This document shows positions 12,101 to 27,200 of a DNA stretch of 64,000 nt, piece after piece. The translations under genes and the position numbers were made by a program. Numbering within the stretch: the first letter of the stretch is position 1; each line of letters opens with the position of its first letter. Source of the DNA: Leucoraja erinacea. Taxonomy: Eukaryota. The notes beneath the pieces are model-generated. The model worked only from the letters and a program-made list of their open reading frames with translations. It was not told where the DNA came from and made no database searches. The DNA lies in contig NC_073384.1 in NCBI RefSeq assembly GCF_028641065.1, forward strand, positions 43,214,001 to 43,278,000, written 5' to 3'.

Positions 12101-15100
12101 GTGACATAGCCTCTCATGCACCTGCTTCTCTTTTAGTTCTGTTTATTTTCAATTTTTCCTTCCCCAATTTTTTGGCATTTACACTCTTTTATCACTTCCC
12201 TTTTAGGAAGTTCATATTTAATCTGTTGCCATAATTTATTAAAATGAGGATTGCAGCATGGTTTACTAAAGTTACAAAGCTTTGTGACCATCTATAAAGT
12301 ATTTACACATTCAACCTTTAATGTCATGCTTCATTATGACCTCATCAAGATGGGCACGTTTAACTTTGATTGTTTGGACAGTGAAGATTATTTCTGAGCC
12401 AATTGGCTATCAGTATTCAAATAAGTTATATGTGCAAGCATTACTCATTTAGCATTATTAACATTTTGGGAGAAAGATGATGCAAGTTTTGTTATTTTAA
12501 TCTGAAAAATGATAAGTTCTGGTGCTACCTACTTGGGATTTTTATTGTTTCAGTTGAGGAGATTGAACAGATGAACAGTCTTTTCCAACAGAAGCAGAGA
12601 GAGTTGGTAATTGCTATTGCAAAGGTGGAGGAGCTAACCAGGCAACTGGATATGTTGAAAAGTGGAAAGATTGATGGTTACCATGACAACCAATCTGCTG
12701 TAGCTGAACTTGATAGACTCTACAAAGAATTGCAGGTAATGGATTATATATGAAAAGTACATTATTTAACATTTGACTGTATAGAGTAAGGATTGTTGAA
12801 CAATTGGTATCAACTTCAAGTTTACCTGTTGACCTTTTATCTGGATATTTCCTAAGTCAATCATTCTTTTCCAACTAAATCTTGCCTTATAGTTTTTAAG
12901 GGCCAATCTCTGGGATGTTTAATTTATAGTTTAGTTTCGAGATACAACGCAGAAACGGGTTCTGCAGCCCACCAAGTCTGCACTGACCAGTGAACCTCGC
13001 GCAATCCTACACACACGAAGGGCAATTTACATTTATACCAAACCAATTAACTTACAAAACTGCACGTCTTTGGAGTGTGGGAGGAAACCAAAGATCTCGG
13101 AAAAACCCCACAGGGTCACTAGGAGAATGTATAAACTTCGTATAGACAGCACCTTAGCTGGTGTCTTTGCGTGCTTAGTCTATTTATTTACTCTTTTTCC
13201 CATTTTGCCTCATCCCTGTATGAATGAGCAGAGGTTTGTGGCATTTATCGCAAGGCTAGCATCCCATCTGGTACAGCTGGTTTTGAAATTGGGATTTAGT
13301 GATACAAACGCCCAACTCCCAGCTACCCTTAAATTGATACTGGGGAAAATGTTTTCTCCCTCTTCTCTGTAGGCAGCTAACAAAAGGCCAGCACTGTCTT
13401 ACCTATCCCTACCCCTAGCCTGTTTGATTTCTTCTAACATTGCATCATTTATCACCCATTTATCTTTATCCCCGCTCAACCTGAATGCTGCTTTTGGTCT
13501 GGACATTCCATAAGTAGTGCTGCATGGAATCAACTAATTTGTTAATATACTTAAAAGTTAGAGAGTAAAATGATTTCAAAAAAAGGACAGCAAATCTGAT
13601 ATTCTATCTTTTTCATTGCAACAACCAATGTATTTTAATTTACTTTTGTAGTTTGTTGAAAAAATAAATCCGAGTTCTTCATAATTCCAAACTTCGGTAT
13701 TCAAACAAATAAAGGATTTTTTTTTGTTGTTTCATAAATTAGTTACGGAATAAATTAAACCAGGAGCAGAATGCAAAGCTTCAGCATCAAAGGGAGACCC
13801 TAAACAAGCGCAACTCTGAGGTTTCGTCAATGGACAGGCGTATTGGGGATCTGCGGGACCGTCTGTGGAAAAAGAAGGCTGCCTTACAACAAAAGGAGAA
13901 TGTGCCGGTTGGTTTTGGCCTACCCATTAGCAATAAGATATTTGCCATGTATCAATTGAATACACCTCACTGCCTAGTTTGCATTGTAGTCTTCTGCTAG
14001 TCTAGCTATCCTCTAAATGTGCCTCTGGCCATGCTATTCCAGCACAGTTATACAACAGGCATCCAACGGATAATGTGGATGTTTGCCCAGTGGATGTTGC
14101 ATCCTGTTCAGAAGATGCAAATCAAATCCATTCCGACTAATTACAGCCCAATCATCACAAAAGTGGAAGTTGTCATAGACGATAACTTGATTTGGACCTT
14201 GCTCCTCAATAACTTGTTCACTGATGTTCAGCTTTGATTTTACCAGGATCGCTTTGCTTCAGTACTGATCGTAGCCTCAGTCCAAGCTCAGACCAAAGAG
14301 CTTGATTTCAGACATGACATTGGCTGTCTTTGACATCATGGCAGCATTTGTCTGAAATGTAGCTTTGATGCATCCGGCTATAACTGGAATGTTTTCCCTT
14401 GATAACCACTAACCAGTCAGTGTTGGAGTAGTTCATTGAACAAAAGAAAACAGTTGACGTTGGTGGAAGTCAATGATCCCAGCCCCACACATTGAATTTA
14501 GAGCAGTTAAGCATAGTAACAGGCTCTACAGCCTACAATTTCTGTGCTGACCATGATGCCAATCTAATCTAATCTCCTTTCTGTTTACACAAGGCCCATA
14601 TCCTGTTCCCTGCCTGTTCATGTCTATGTATAAATGCTTCTTAAAGATTTCTGTCATGTTTAATTCTACCTCTTCCCCAGGCACCACTTTCCAGGTGCCT
14701 ACCATGCTCTATTAATTTAAAAATGTTTGCCCTGCAATCTTCTTTAAGCTTTACCCCTCTCTCTAGCAGTTGACATTTCTATCCTGTGATAAAGATTATG
14801 TCCATCTGCACTGACTGTGGCTCTTAGAATTGTATATACTTCTATCAGGTAGAAGTATGTACATTCTCACCTTCCCATCGACCAACCTATCCAAACTTTC
14901 CCCGTAACCCAAATCTTCTAATCCAAACACCAATCTGGTGAACAACTTCTGCACCCACTCCAAAGCCTCCAAAACCTTACTGGAATATGGCAAGCAGAGT
15001 TCATGCAATTTATTTCAGATGTGCCCTAACCAAAGTTTTTTATACAACTACAATGTGGCTTCCCGACTTTTACACTCATATCCCCACCAAACTAAGGCAT

Positions 15101-15196
15101 GCACACTGTACACACCTGCCACAATCTCTGAAGGAATCCCTCAGGGCATTGCTCTACTCTGAGCATTTCCAACAGCCTTTTCATATTGTGTTGCGA

Positions 15197-15231
<35 letters not shown>

Positions 15232-18200
15232 CTCTCTCTGCCTCTCTCTCTCTCTCTCTCTGCTCTCTCCCGCTCCCTCTCTCCAGTCATAAGCTATTAC
15301 AAGACAGGTAAGATTTTTACTACAAAACTGCATAGCAAGCGAGAGTCTAACAGCCTTTCCTTCCTTCGTCATAACTAAGTCTAAATCCTGGGACCGTATA
15401 CAACTGCACTGTGGGAGTAGAGTTATCGGAAAGATTGCCATGACTTTCTCAAGGGCAGTGTGAAATATTTGCATATTTTCCATTCATTTTTCCTGAGTAC
15501 CGTCTATTTTTCTCATTCCCTTTTCCCCTGTCTCTCAGTCTGAAGAAGGGTCTCGACCCGAAACATCACCTATCCTTTTCTCCAGAGATGCTGCCTGATC
15601 TGCTGAGTTACTCGAGCTTCATGTGTCTGCCATGCTTTTGACCGAGATGATTGCTGCTACAATTTTGAAAGATTGACTTGTTGCTTGACAAAATACACAT
15701 TACAAAATGAGATTTTGGTGTGGCTGAGCAAAATAATGATTAATTTAGTTTATTAATTAAGCAATAAATGTGTTGATTGACTGCATTTGTGTGGGTAGGT
15801 TTCGTCTGACAAGACTATTCCACAACAAGCTGTGTCTTCTGCAACCAGCCGTGTGGCTGCGGTTGGACCCTATATCCAGTCATCCACCTTGCCCCGTGCC
15901 CCACAAAAACTTGAGCTCCTTGTAAAGCCAGCCTTTCCTAATGGATCGTCTACTCTACCCACTGTGCAAGCACATTCTGCATCGGTAAACGCCCAGACTC
16001 ACATGAAATCAGTGAAATCTCCTATTGGTAAGCAACTGCAACTTTTTCTCTCTCTTCCTATGCTGGTGGTTGATTTTTTTTTTTTTTCAATGTCTGAAAC
16101 AAAAATTGAAGTAAACAATAGAAACCATTATAAAAAGTAAAACCCAAGATGCTTCCCATCAGCTGCCAGCAATGAGGGATAGACTTGGCTATCCCTCAGT
16201 ACAGTAATATCGTTCTTGATGTTGCTGTACTGAGGGATAGCCAAGTCTATCTTTCTTGGCTAACAATCTAACCTTCGGCCTCCAAGATGCAGGTCAATTT
16301 TCGGGCCTTATTTTAGGGTAAGAAAATAGTGTCTTCATTGCTGGGAAATATGGTACTTCTTTTATCGATCATCTCAGGCCTGTTTCCATTTCCCTTTCTG
16401 GAATAGAACTTGGTTTTATGCGATTAAAGAAGAATGTCTTACTGAATTAGACTATTCCACTATATACATTTGGAGAACAGGCACAGTGGTGCAGCTGCTT
16501 GAGCTGCTGCCTTACAATGCCAGAATCCCAGGTTAGAACCTGATCTTGGTGCTGTCTGCCTGGAGTTTGCATGTTCTCCTTGTGACCGCATGGGTTTCTT
16601 CTGGGTGCTCCTGTTCCCTTCCATATCCTGAAGACTGGTGGGTTCGGAGGTTAATTGGCCTCTGTAAATTGTGCCTAATGTTTAAGTAGGGGATGTGAAA
16701 GTGGAATAACATAGAACTCTGTAAATAGTTGATCAAAACATTAAAGTGATGGCAAATATCTTTGGATCACAATTTCATCTAATGAGTAATGTGGGCAGAG
16801 AAAATATGTCAGGAAAAAAGATTGAGCTTTTTGTTGAGATAGATATTGCTGTAAAGAGTCGACTGTCATCTGTCATTACAGTTTATGGGATTTTATCTCT
16901 ATCTAGTCAGCTGGGTTCGGGACTCTTCATCATAACTTCAATGAAGAAAGCTATTCAAATTTAGTTTAAAGTAAGACTGTATTCTTTAATCGCATAAAAT
17001 TAAGTGCTATTTGACGTATTAGGTTACTCTAAGTTAAATAGTGAATCAGCATTACTCAGGGTTGTTTGCCAATTATTTTGTTTCCTGCAAATTACTTTTT
17101 TTATTGCACCTCTACATAATTTGCCAACCTGGTTTAAGCTCCCATCGTTACCGAGGATGGATTTATTATTAATACATCAGAAAGTTTTTTAATGTTCTTT
17201 CCCCCCTTTTTTTTAAACCTGCATAAATCTATGAGGTAAAATGGTGAGAATATATAAAAATGGATCTGGAATGTAAAGTATTATTAGAGTTGTCTCTTTG
17301 CATTCTATATGAGCGCCTATGACCTGATCAGCAACATATTTAGAAGCTGTGCTACCAATTACAAATAACTTTATAAGGGTGTTACAAAATTTTGTATCAG
17401 TGGGTAGTCAGCATTGGTAGTCAGACTTTGCTGAAATCCTCCAATAGGCATTAATTTCCCAGCCACAATACTGGGTAATTGTTTGGAAAGGCGTGGGGGA
17501 GGGGTGGTTCGAGTATGAATATAAAAAGATTATTGTGTACTTGAATGTTCTAAAGGTCATTAATTCCCTTCATTCCTTCAGGAATTAGCAGTACAGTGAT
17601 GCAAAGTAAAAGTAAGGTTTAACTTATTTTGAAATGTAGACTCTAATTCCTCAATCTGGACTGCAAAACACTTTGTAGGGTACTTGGTTTATGTAGAAGT
17701 GGCTGGTTTTGTCTAAGTTCTGGTAAGCTGATCACATTTTTCCCTTTAAATGTAAAAAATACTGAATATTTTTTTGTTTGTCAAATTTTGTTTTCCCGGG
17801 CTTCACAACTCGGACACCATCTTAGACCAAAGGCAGCAGATTACTTACTCCAAACTATCTGTAAATTAAAAAGCCATTCATAGTTACCGCGTATTTAATT
17901 ATTTTGCATGTTCACAATGAGAAGCTTTCATGAACTATTAAAAAGTGCAATTACTGGTGCAGTAGTTGTGAATTGCAAATTAACTGGGCATGGGGTGGCC
18001 AACAGAAGATATTATTGTCCTTTTCTGAGGTTACAACCACCCAAAATTCCATTGAATCGCAGCAACATTGACAACTTCATTCTCAAAACATTATAGCCAT
18101 TACTTTTTCTTGTTCTTAGCTGGCATTGCAACTCAGGCGCATTTGCACACACCGTCTCAGTCTGGAACCGAAAGGAATGAATTGAGTTTTGGTGGTTCTG

Positions 18201-21200
18201 TTCTTCCGCCTTCAACAACAGTTTCCTTGAATATTAGTGCTTCAAACCTGGCCAGAGGAGCAGCAGTACCTACTGCAGGTCAAGGTAACATCTATTTCCT
18301 CCTTTCACTTTTTGATTTGCTGACAGTGTGTTATATTCCATTCTTTGTGCAATCAGGTAGGTGTTCATTCATTATTTTAGAATCATCACTGTTCACTCTT
18401 GTTTCATTAACAAGGCTGAAAAAATTTAGGTTGAGAGGCACATTGGTGTGAAATTGAATTCCCCCCCCCCCCCCGGTTTATTCACGATTTTTCTTGATCC
18501 GGTCATTGTGGACGAGGGCCGCATTTATTAGCTATCCATGGTCGTTATTGAGAAGGTTACCACCTTGAACCACTGATGTTCTGGTGAATGTATGCTGTTG
18601 GGTAGACTTCAGCTCAAGTGGGTCACTTTATGCCGGATGGTGTCAATCTAATTTAGTGGTCTTGGAGCTGCATGCATTCAGATAGGTGGTGTATTTGATC
18701 TTGCTCTTCTTGTGTCTTGTTGATGGCATAAATGCTTTGGCCTGTCATTTACTGCAGGATACCCAGCAGGCCTCTGATTTGTTCTTGCTGCCACAGTAGG
18801 TATGTGGTTGGACCAGTTGCGTTTGTGGTCATTGGTGACTTTCCATCCCCCTTCCAGGATATTGATGGATTTTTTTCAGGTTGCCTTCATTTAAAATATA
18901 CATAACAGTCAAATCAAATTGCTACAAAGTGCTGGAATAACTCAGCAGGTCAGGCAGCTTCCCTGGAGAACATGGATAGGTAACATTTCGGATTCCGAGT
19001 TCACAAGTGTGGGAGATGCAGTTGTCGTAACTGTAGATGGCATACACTGCATCCTTTTACATTGGTAATGGAAATAATTAAAGTTTAGTGCTGGATGTGA
19101 GGTGGACCAAGCGCGACAGGGGTTATGGGGAGAAGGTAGGAGAGTGGGGTTGAGATGGGAAGATAGATCAGCCAATATTGAATGGCGGAGTAGACTTGAC
19201 AGACCGAATGGCCTAATTAGGTTACTATCATTTATGAACTTATGAGTCTTGGATGACGTTAATCTCCTTCATAGTTGACGTTGCACTCATCCAGTCACGT
19301 GGAAGGTATTCCACCGTATTTCTGTGACTTGCAGATGATAATAATGCTTAATGGTACAGAGGTTGACTTTCTTGCGGTAGGATATCCAGCCTTTGACTTG
19401 TTGTTGCTGATGTGGCTGATCCAGCTGGATTTCTTATTAGCTCTGTGTGTATATTTTATGGAAACTGGCTGAAAAATACATTCAGTCTTAAGAAATAGAA
19501 GCATAGTGTACAAGAATAAGGATGTCATGATCAACTTTTATAAAATACTGGTTAGGCCAGGCTGGACAATTGCCCAGTTTAGGAAGCCACGTCTGAAAAA
19601 AGATGTGAACATTTCATAGAGGGTGCAGCAGAGATTTACTAAAGTGATTCTATGGATGCAGGGTTCAGTTGTATAGATAGATTGGTGAAGGTGGGTGTTT
19701 TTTTGGAACAGAGATTTGGAAAGAGATTAGTTGGAGGTATATAAAATCATAAACGGTATGAGCAGAATGCACAGTGAGAAAGTGTTCACATTGACAGGGG
19801 GAGTAGTGAAGAACTAGGTGAGTGGCAAAAGAATTGAAACAAATGTGCAGAATATTTTTTTGCAATGATTAGAGCAATAATGGAGGCAAAATCAAATGTA
19901 GAATTTAAATAGGAACTGGATTTTATCTGGATTTGGAAGAAGGGTTTCGGCCCGAAACGTTGCCTATTTCCTTCGCTCCATAGATGCTGCTGCACCCGCT
20001 GAGTTTCTCCAGCTTTTTTGTGTGTAACCTTCGATTCTCCAGCATCTGCAGTTCCCTCTTAAACACTGGATTTTATCTGCAGGCTTGAGGAAAGGGAGCA
20101 GGGGAGGAGAATGTGGATTGTGTGCAGGTACAGATTAGTTTAACATGGACATCATGAGCAGAAAGGCCTGTTTTCGCTCTGTTCTGTTCAGTGCCTCACA
20201 GATTTGCCTCAATTCCAATTCCATGGCGCAATGGCCTCCTGAGTGGTAATTGTTCTGCGATGGGTAAAATAAGCAATCATTTTGTTGATGTGTAGTGATG
20301 AATTTTAGGAGATTTCATTGAAGGTTAAGCTTAAGTGATTGAACCTATAGTACAATAAAGATTCTGTAACCAAAATCAATCAAGCATGCACCCTGTGTCT
20401 AGATCAATCACGCCTACACCCTTGTGCCTGTGAAGGAACTGCAGATGCTGGTTTAAATCGAAGATTTAATGCTGGAGTAACTCTTGCACAATGCTGGAGT
20501 AACTCTTTTTAGGGGTAACATGAGGGGGAACTTCTTTACTCAGAGAGTGGTAGCTGTGTGGAATGAGCTTCCAGTGAAGGTGGTGGAGGCAGGTTCGTTT
20601 TTATCATTTAAAAATAAATTGGATAGTTATATGGATGGGAAGGGAATGGAGGGTTATGGTCTGAGCGCAGGTATATGGGACTAGGGAGATTATGTGTTCG
20701 GCACGGACTAGAAGGGTCGAGATGGCCTGTTTCCGTGCTGTAATTGTTATATGGTTATATGGTTTAACTCAGCGGGACAGGCAGCATCACTGGAGAGAAG
20801 GAATGGTCTCGACCTGAAACGTCACCCATTCCTTCTCTCCAGAGATGCTGCCTGTCCCGCTGAGTTACTCCAGCATTTTGTGTCCACCATTGTGTCTAGA
20901 TTGCTTTGCTGATTAGGTGTAATGCAGAACCTTTCAAATCTTAGTTATCAACTTCAATGCTCGTGATAGAAAGATAAATTGGGTTTAAAACACATAAGTC
21001 TTCAAATAGTTATTGCATCCACTGGTATTTGTTTGTTTGACATCAAACTTTGCTGAGATAAATAGATGAGTTAAAAAAAGAAAATTCCATTTAACAGTTG
21101 GTGACGGTGACGTTGTGATGAGAGACAAGAATGATAAGAGAGTGCGTTGTTTCTCCATGTTTGAATCCATGGATCCATCTGCAGTAATTCCATCATCTGG

Positions 21201-24200
21201 AATACTAAGAAAAAACCAGAGCAGTGAGGACCTTCTGCAGGAAATTCAGGTACAAAAGCAAAAATCAGTACATTCCATCTCATGGCAAGAGTATTTTGTA
21301 ACATCTATAAACCTCTTCCTGAAGTACAAAATGTAACACAAATGAAAGAACTTGTTAAAGCTTTAAAAAATGAAGAGACAAAATTGCACCAATAGAGTTG
21401 AACCCTAAAATAGATAAATTCCAAAATCTTCACAAGTTATAAAACACCTTAATAAAAATCAAAGATGTTAATATGCTTGAATTTGCATAACCAAATTCAG
21501 TATTTCCTTAAGATGGAGATTTTAAGTACATTTTCTTTTTACAGTCAAACTGAAATTGGGGCACATCTTTAAAAAAATTCCATCCAGGTGCAAAGTTGTA
21601 CAAATTTACCTTTTCCATAAATATATTATATAATATTTTTTATTTTCCATAAGGCAAGGTCTCTTGAATGACTTTGCCAATATAAAGACAAGTAAACAGA
21701 TGTTTTTTTATTCTATATGTAATTTATACTTCTCTGCCTCTCACTGATATAATGTAAAACAAAAATAAGCGAAGAACATTGCAAGCAATGTACAGAATCA
21801 CAACATGCTTGAATGTAGTTAATAGACAAAAGCTGTTTTGGTTTGTGGATAGTTGAACGGTCAGGGTACATGTTTAAGATAATAGGATAATGATGCAGTG
21901 TGTTATGCAGAATGGTTATGATCAGAATTTTTTTGCATACACTGTCATGGTCATTTCAAATTTGTTCCCCTTTTGTACTGGATTTTTTAAAGATAATTCT
22001 TTTTGTCATAGTCATACAGCATGGACACAGGCTCTTCAACCTAACGCATGCATGAGTTAGGTTGAAGAGCCTAGAACCAAAATAATTATCTTTTTTAGAT
22101 AACCTGGAGTAAGCACAAAACATGGTGAGCACAGAGCGTGAGCAGCCAGAGGTCCTGGTCCATATTGGTATCCAAGACACAGGTGGGAAAAGTGATGAAA
22201 GAATTTAGGGAGTAGGGTAATAGTAATAAAAGGACCTAGGGTTGTGATCTCGGGATTACCACATGTGCCATGTGCTGGTGAAACAAGGAAAGAAATATAG
22301 TGTAGTTGAATACTTGGCTAATGTATTAGCACCATGAAGGCAACTGACCATTCTGGAGATTTGTTTGCGGCCACATAAATAAATGTCCGTACCCCATGGG
22401 AGGTAATGATGTCGGAGAGCCCTACTGTGTTGTTCAACAGAGTCAGCTGTAGGGCCACTGTCCTGGCTGCTGCTATTATTTGCCCCTGAGGGGCTATCAC
22501 CCAATCCAAAATTGTATGATTGATCAGTGGTGCAACTAGCCCCTCTCTTTCGCACTATAATTATTGTGGGGCTAAATAGTGCTGTTAATTAAAAATAATG
22601 CTGGGGGGAGGAGTGCAAATGGAGAAGACTCCAAGGCAACTAAAGGATCTGCTCCTAGCAACAAAATGATGAGAGTCAGAGAATGCTCATTGAAGGAAAA
22701 TGGTGTCAGTGGAAGTATTCAGAATTAAGTAAAGTCGAGCAATGTGGAAATTTAAAGACATAACCAAAGGTTTTGAGAATTTGAGAGAATTAGCATGGGT
22801 GAGTATGGATGAGGATTGAAGATTAGCACTGTTTGATACTGATGTACTAAATTAGCATGTACGTAGGATGGAAGATTGAATTGCATCAAGGAATGTATTG
22901 GGATCTCCATATCTAGATGGCAAAGGCCTGTAAAAGGGTTCCATTAATGATGGGATCCTATGCCACTTTCTTGGCCAGAAGCAATTTACAGGTTTATGCT
23001 CCAAATGAATGAGTTAAGGTTTTTGTTTTTGTTTTTTTTTTATATTTTATTTTATTAGAAGTAAGCACAGTCATATGGCACCAAAGTGCCTAATATATAT
23101 TTTCATAATACATTTTATGTACAACTTCTTTTTTTTTTTTTTGTTACATTGAAAAAAGATGAGAATAAGAAAAAGAGGTTAGATAGTAAAGGATAGAAAA
23201 ATGTGAAATATATAGTGTGTGAAGAAAGAAAACGAGTAAATGAAGAAAGTTGAGAGAGAAAATAGTGAAAAGAAAAGGAGATCATTATTTATAGTCTTGA
23301 CCAACCCTCATCCAGTCCTGAAACAGTTATTTTTTACAATTGTGTTGCACCATATGATTCCAAAAAAACGACGAATGGAGACCAACTCGTTATGAATTGG
23401 TCTGATTTACCTTGAGTTAAGGTTAAATAGGGCTCTCAAAACATTGGTCATCTGGATCAGCCCGAGTTGGTGACCATGCAGGAGATTGATTTGTGTGCAG
23501 GGACAGTGGCCAATTGTGAAGAACAAGATGGTGTTTAAATTAGAAATTATAACTAGAGTTCTATTTTTATTTAATACAATTTTATTTCAATCTCAACTTT
23601 CAGATTGGTAATAAGAATGTGGTTAAAGTACCACCCCCTGTCCCTACCAAACCCAAGCAGATCTCCTTGCCTTTTTTTGGACCATCTGGCTTAGCTAATG
23701 CAGCAGAGATCAAGACTGAATACAACCCACAGAAGTTACCTGGGTCTCTCGGCAATGTAGCCAATAAATTGAAGCCAACCCAAACTGCCGGACCCCAGCA
23801 AATGCAACATTGTGCTGCAAATGCACAAGTTCAGCCATGTCCTGAGCCACCTCCTGCAGCCACCGTTAGGCCTTTCACCCCACAACCATCTAAAGAAACT
23901 CCTTCCCAATCCCTGAGAAAACCAGAGACAGTGGCTGCGAGTTCTATCTATACAATGTACACCCAGCAACAAGCACCAGGCAAAAACTTCCAGCAGGCTG
24001 TTCAGAGTGCCCTGACCAAAGTGCAAGCACGGCCGCAGTTCACAAGTGGTAAGTAATATTCATTGTGAACTTTTCACTGCTTTGTTGAATTTGTGAATTT
24101 TATTGTTTACTCTTCCCATTTGAATTGGTTGAGTAATTTATTGTGTTCAAATAAATAATCTTGCACTTTCCCTACCAGAGTTGTTTAATTTAAAAATACA

Positions 24201-27200
24201 TTAAATTTGGAGATGAAATGTAAGAAATGGCACCCAGAGAATGTTATTCAGAATGCAAATGCAGAGGAAACTGTTCTGAACATATTTTCAATTCTTCAGG
24301 TTCTGGGACATAGTGTCACCCAGGATTGTGGCCACGTTTTCAAAGACCTCTAGAGATCTTCAGTTAAACTTGTGCCCTTGACATCTCATCATACATGACT
24401 TCCTAGTTAATTGTCACCACGGTGCATTTTCCATTCTTTTTTCTTTGGCCTCCCTGCACCACAGGATGGCGGGAGTTACATATGATGAAAGAATGAATCG
24501 ACTGGGCTTATATTCACTGGAATTTACAAGGATGAGAGGTTATCTAATTGAAACAGAAAATTCTTAAGGGATTGGACAGGATAGATGCAGGAAAAATGTT
24601 CCCGATGTTGGGAGAGTCCAGATCCAGGGGTCACAGTTTAAGAACAAGTGGTTGGCCATTTAGGACTGAGATGATATTAAAACCTTTTGACTCCGAGAGT
24701 TGTGAATGTGTGAAATTCTGTGCCACAGAAGGCAGTGGAGACCAATTCATTGGATATATTGAAGAGAGAGTTAGATATAGCTCTTAGGGCTAACAGAATC
24801 AAGGGATATGGGGAGAAAGCAGGAATGGGGTACTGACTTTGGATGATCAGCCATGATCATATTGAATGGTGGTGATGGCTCGATGGGCTTAATGGTCTAC
24901 TCCTGCACTTATTTTCTATGTTTCTACCACATGAAATGGTCATTCCAATCCATGGTATAATGCTCTGAGAACTGTCCTCAAAAATGCCTTCAAATCACCT
25001 TGCAGGCATATTGTTATGGTGGTCACCGTTTTCATTGCCACTGCTTTCTTTGTTTTCTCATGACTAACTCTGTCCAGCCAAATTACATATTTGGATTGAG
25101 TCAAATTTCCTTTACCGAGTAGAAAGGTTATTCTTTTGGTTTTGGCTATAAACTCTGTAAACAATTATTTAACTGCTTTTCCTGGTTGCTTCAATTGACC
25201 AGAAGCTGACTATTTAAAACAAATGTTGCTGATTTCTCATCCACTTATCTTATATTCTATATTGCACAAAACTGCATTATTACTTGCGTCATTTCTGTCT
25301 TCACTGAAACAGGATGTTGTCTGTCACCAAAGCAATCCTTCCATGTCCTTGCTTTGCTCAACTCAATCTTTCCCATCCTTGTATATCCTTTCACTTTCTT
25401 TACAACATCTGTGGATGAATGTCAAAGACTCCGGCTTACAAATGCTAAGCATCATCAATATTAGATAAAATAATAAAAGTAACAATAATGGATTTGCCAA
25501 ACTTGGTCCTTCCAGCTTTACTGTGAATTTACTGTGAGCTATAGACTTTGATTTGTGTTTTTTTTTACATCATAAGTGTAATATGAAAGAGTTGGTGTCT
25601 GTTGGATAAAATTGGATTATTTTGCACTGCTGCTGTTCAATTAATTTGCCATATTTACCACAAGGTTTTTTTGCAAAAGCTTTGTAGTTATATTAAATGT
25701 ATATTTAACTGCCAATAACTCTGAAGCAATATGTATTCTGTGAGAAACCTAGACCATATTTTAAGTCAAGTTTAACATAAGTGTTATCTCCAAGCCAAAG
25801 TTAGCCGAAAAACTATGTGCGTTATGGAAAATATTGATAATTGGTTACATCAAAAAGACTAAGTGGCCAGTTTAAATTCTATATAATTTAATTTGTTACT
25901 TAAGAGAATTATAGAGAGACAAGGTGCAAAATTATTTGATTCACTTCAGGACGTTTTAAAAAATATGCTGAAACAAGGAATTGCAGGTGCTAATTTACAA
26001 AAGAAGACAAACTGCTGGAGTAACTCAACGGGTCAGGCAGCATCTATGGAGAACATGAATAGGTGAAGTTTTGGGTCAAGACCCTTCCTCAGACTGATTG
26101 TGGTGGGGAAGAAAGTTGGAAGAGAGGAGGGGTAGGACAAAGCTTTTTAAGTATTAGATACAGGTGAGGTGGGGGGGTGCTGATATGCAGATAGTTGGAC
26201 AAATGCCAGAGATTAAAATAATTTCAATGATCATACCACTGGGTTGTACCCTACCCAAACTGAATATGAATCGCTGTTCCTTCAGTTTGCATGTTGCCTC
26301 ACTTTGGCTATGGAGGAGGCCCAGATGGAAAGGCAGTATGAGAATGGGAAGAGTTAAAATGGTTAGCAACTAGGAGATCCAGTGTAAGTGTTTGGCAATG
26401 TAAAGGAGGTACACCGAGAACACATTTACTGCATGCTGTATCTACCGATCATTTGCCAGACTTTTTCCTGCCCCTCCTCTCTTCCAGAGGTAAGGGAAAC
26501 GAGAGATATAGAGTGATATAACATAAATGAATGAAAAATATGCAAAAAAAGTCACAGTGATAAAGGAAACAGCCATTGTTAGCTGTGGGCGAGGTGAGAA
26601 CTAGTTGCAACAAGACGCCTTTGAAGCTATGATGACGGGTGGGGGAGGGATGGAGAGAGAGAGGGGGGATGCAAGGGACATCATCAGGTAGGTCCAGGCA
26701 GACTGAGCGAAGGTGTTCAGCGAAACGAATTATTCCAATCTTGATTTTTTGCATTCATCCTAGGTCAGCATGGGGCAGTTTTCCTTGTATGTGCATTGTA
26801 GGATTTTAAAAATGAATCATGCTAGTTTAGGTGCTTGAGACAGGCTTATAGCATGTACAGTGTTTTGCAATAGTAAAATGACACTTTATTTCCACATTGA
26901 TATAAAATTAGAATGTTCCAATTTAGCCTACATTAGCTTTTTAAAAAGTCAGGATGCTGATTTGGGTAAAAACTGAGAGAGCACACTGAGTAAGATGGAA
27001 CAAATAAAGAAATAGAGGAAGATGCTGGTCATACTATTATTTCGCTAAAGAAATGTTATACCCAAGATATGAAGTAAGTCATAAGTCGTGTGAAATAATT
27101 ATTGTACAATTATACTCTCAAGTTAACTTGAGCTGTGTCTGTTTCTGAAATTTGCATTGTATTATTATTTGCAGTATACGGTAAACCAGTGGTTCCCGGA

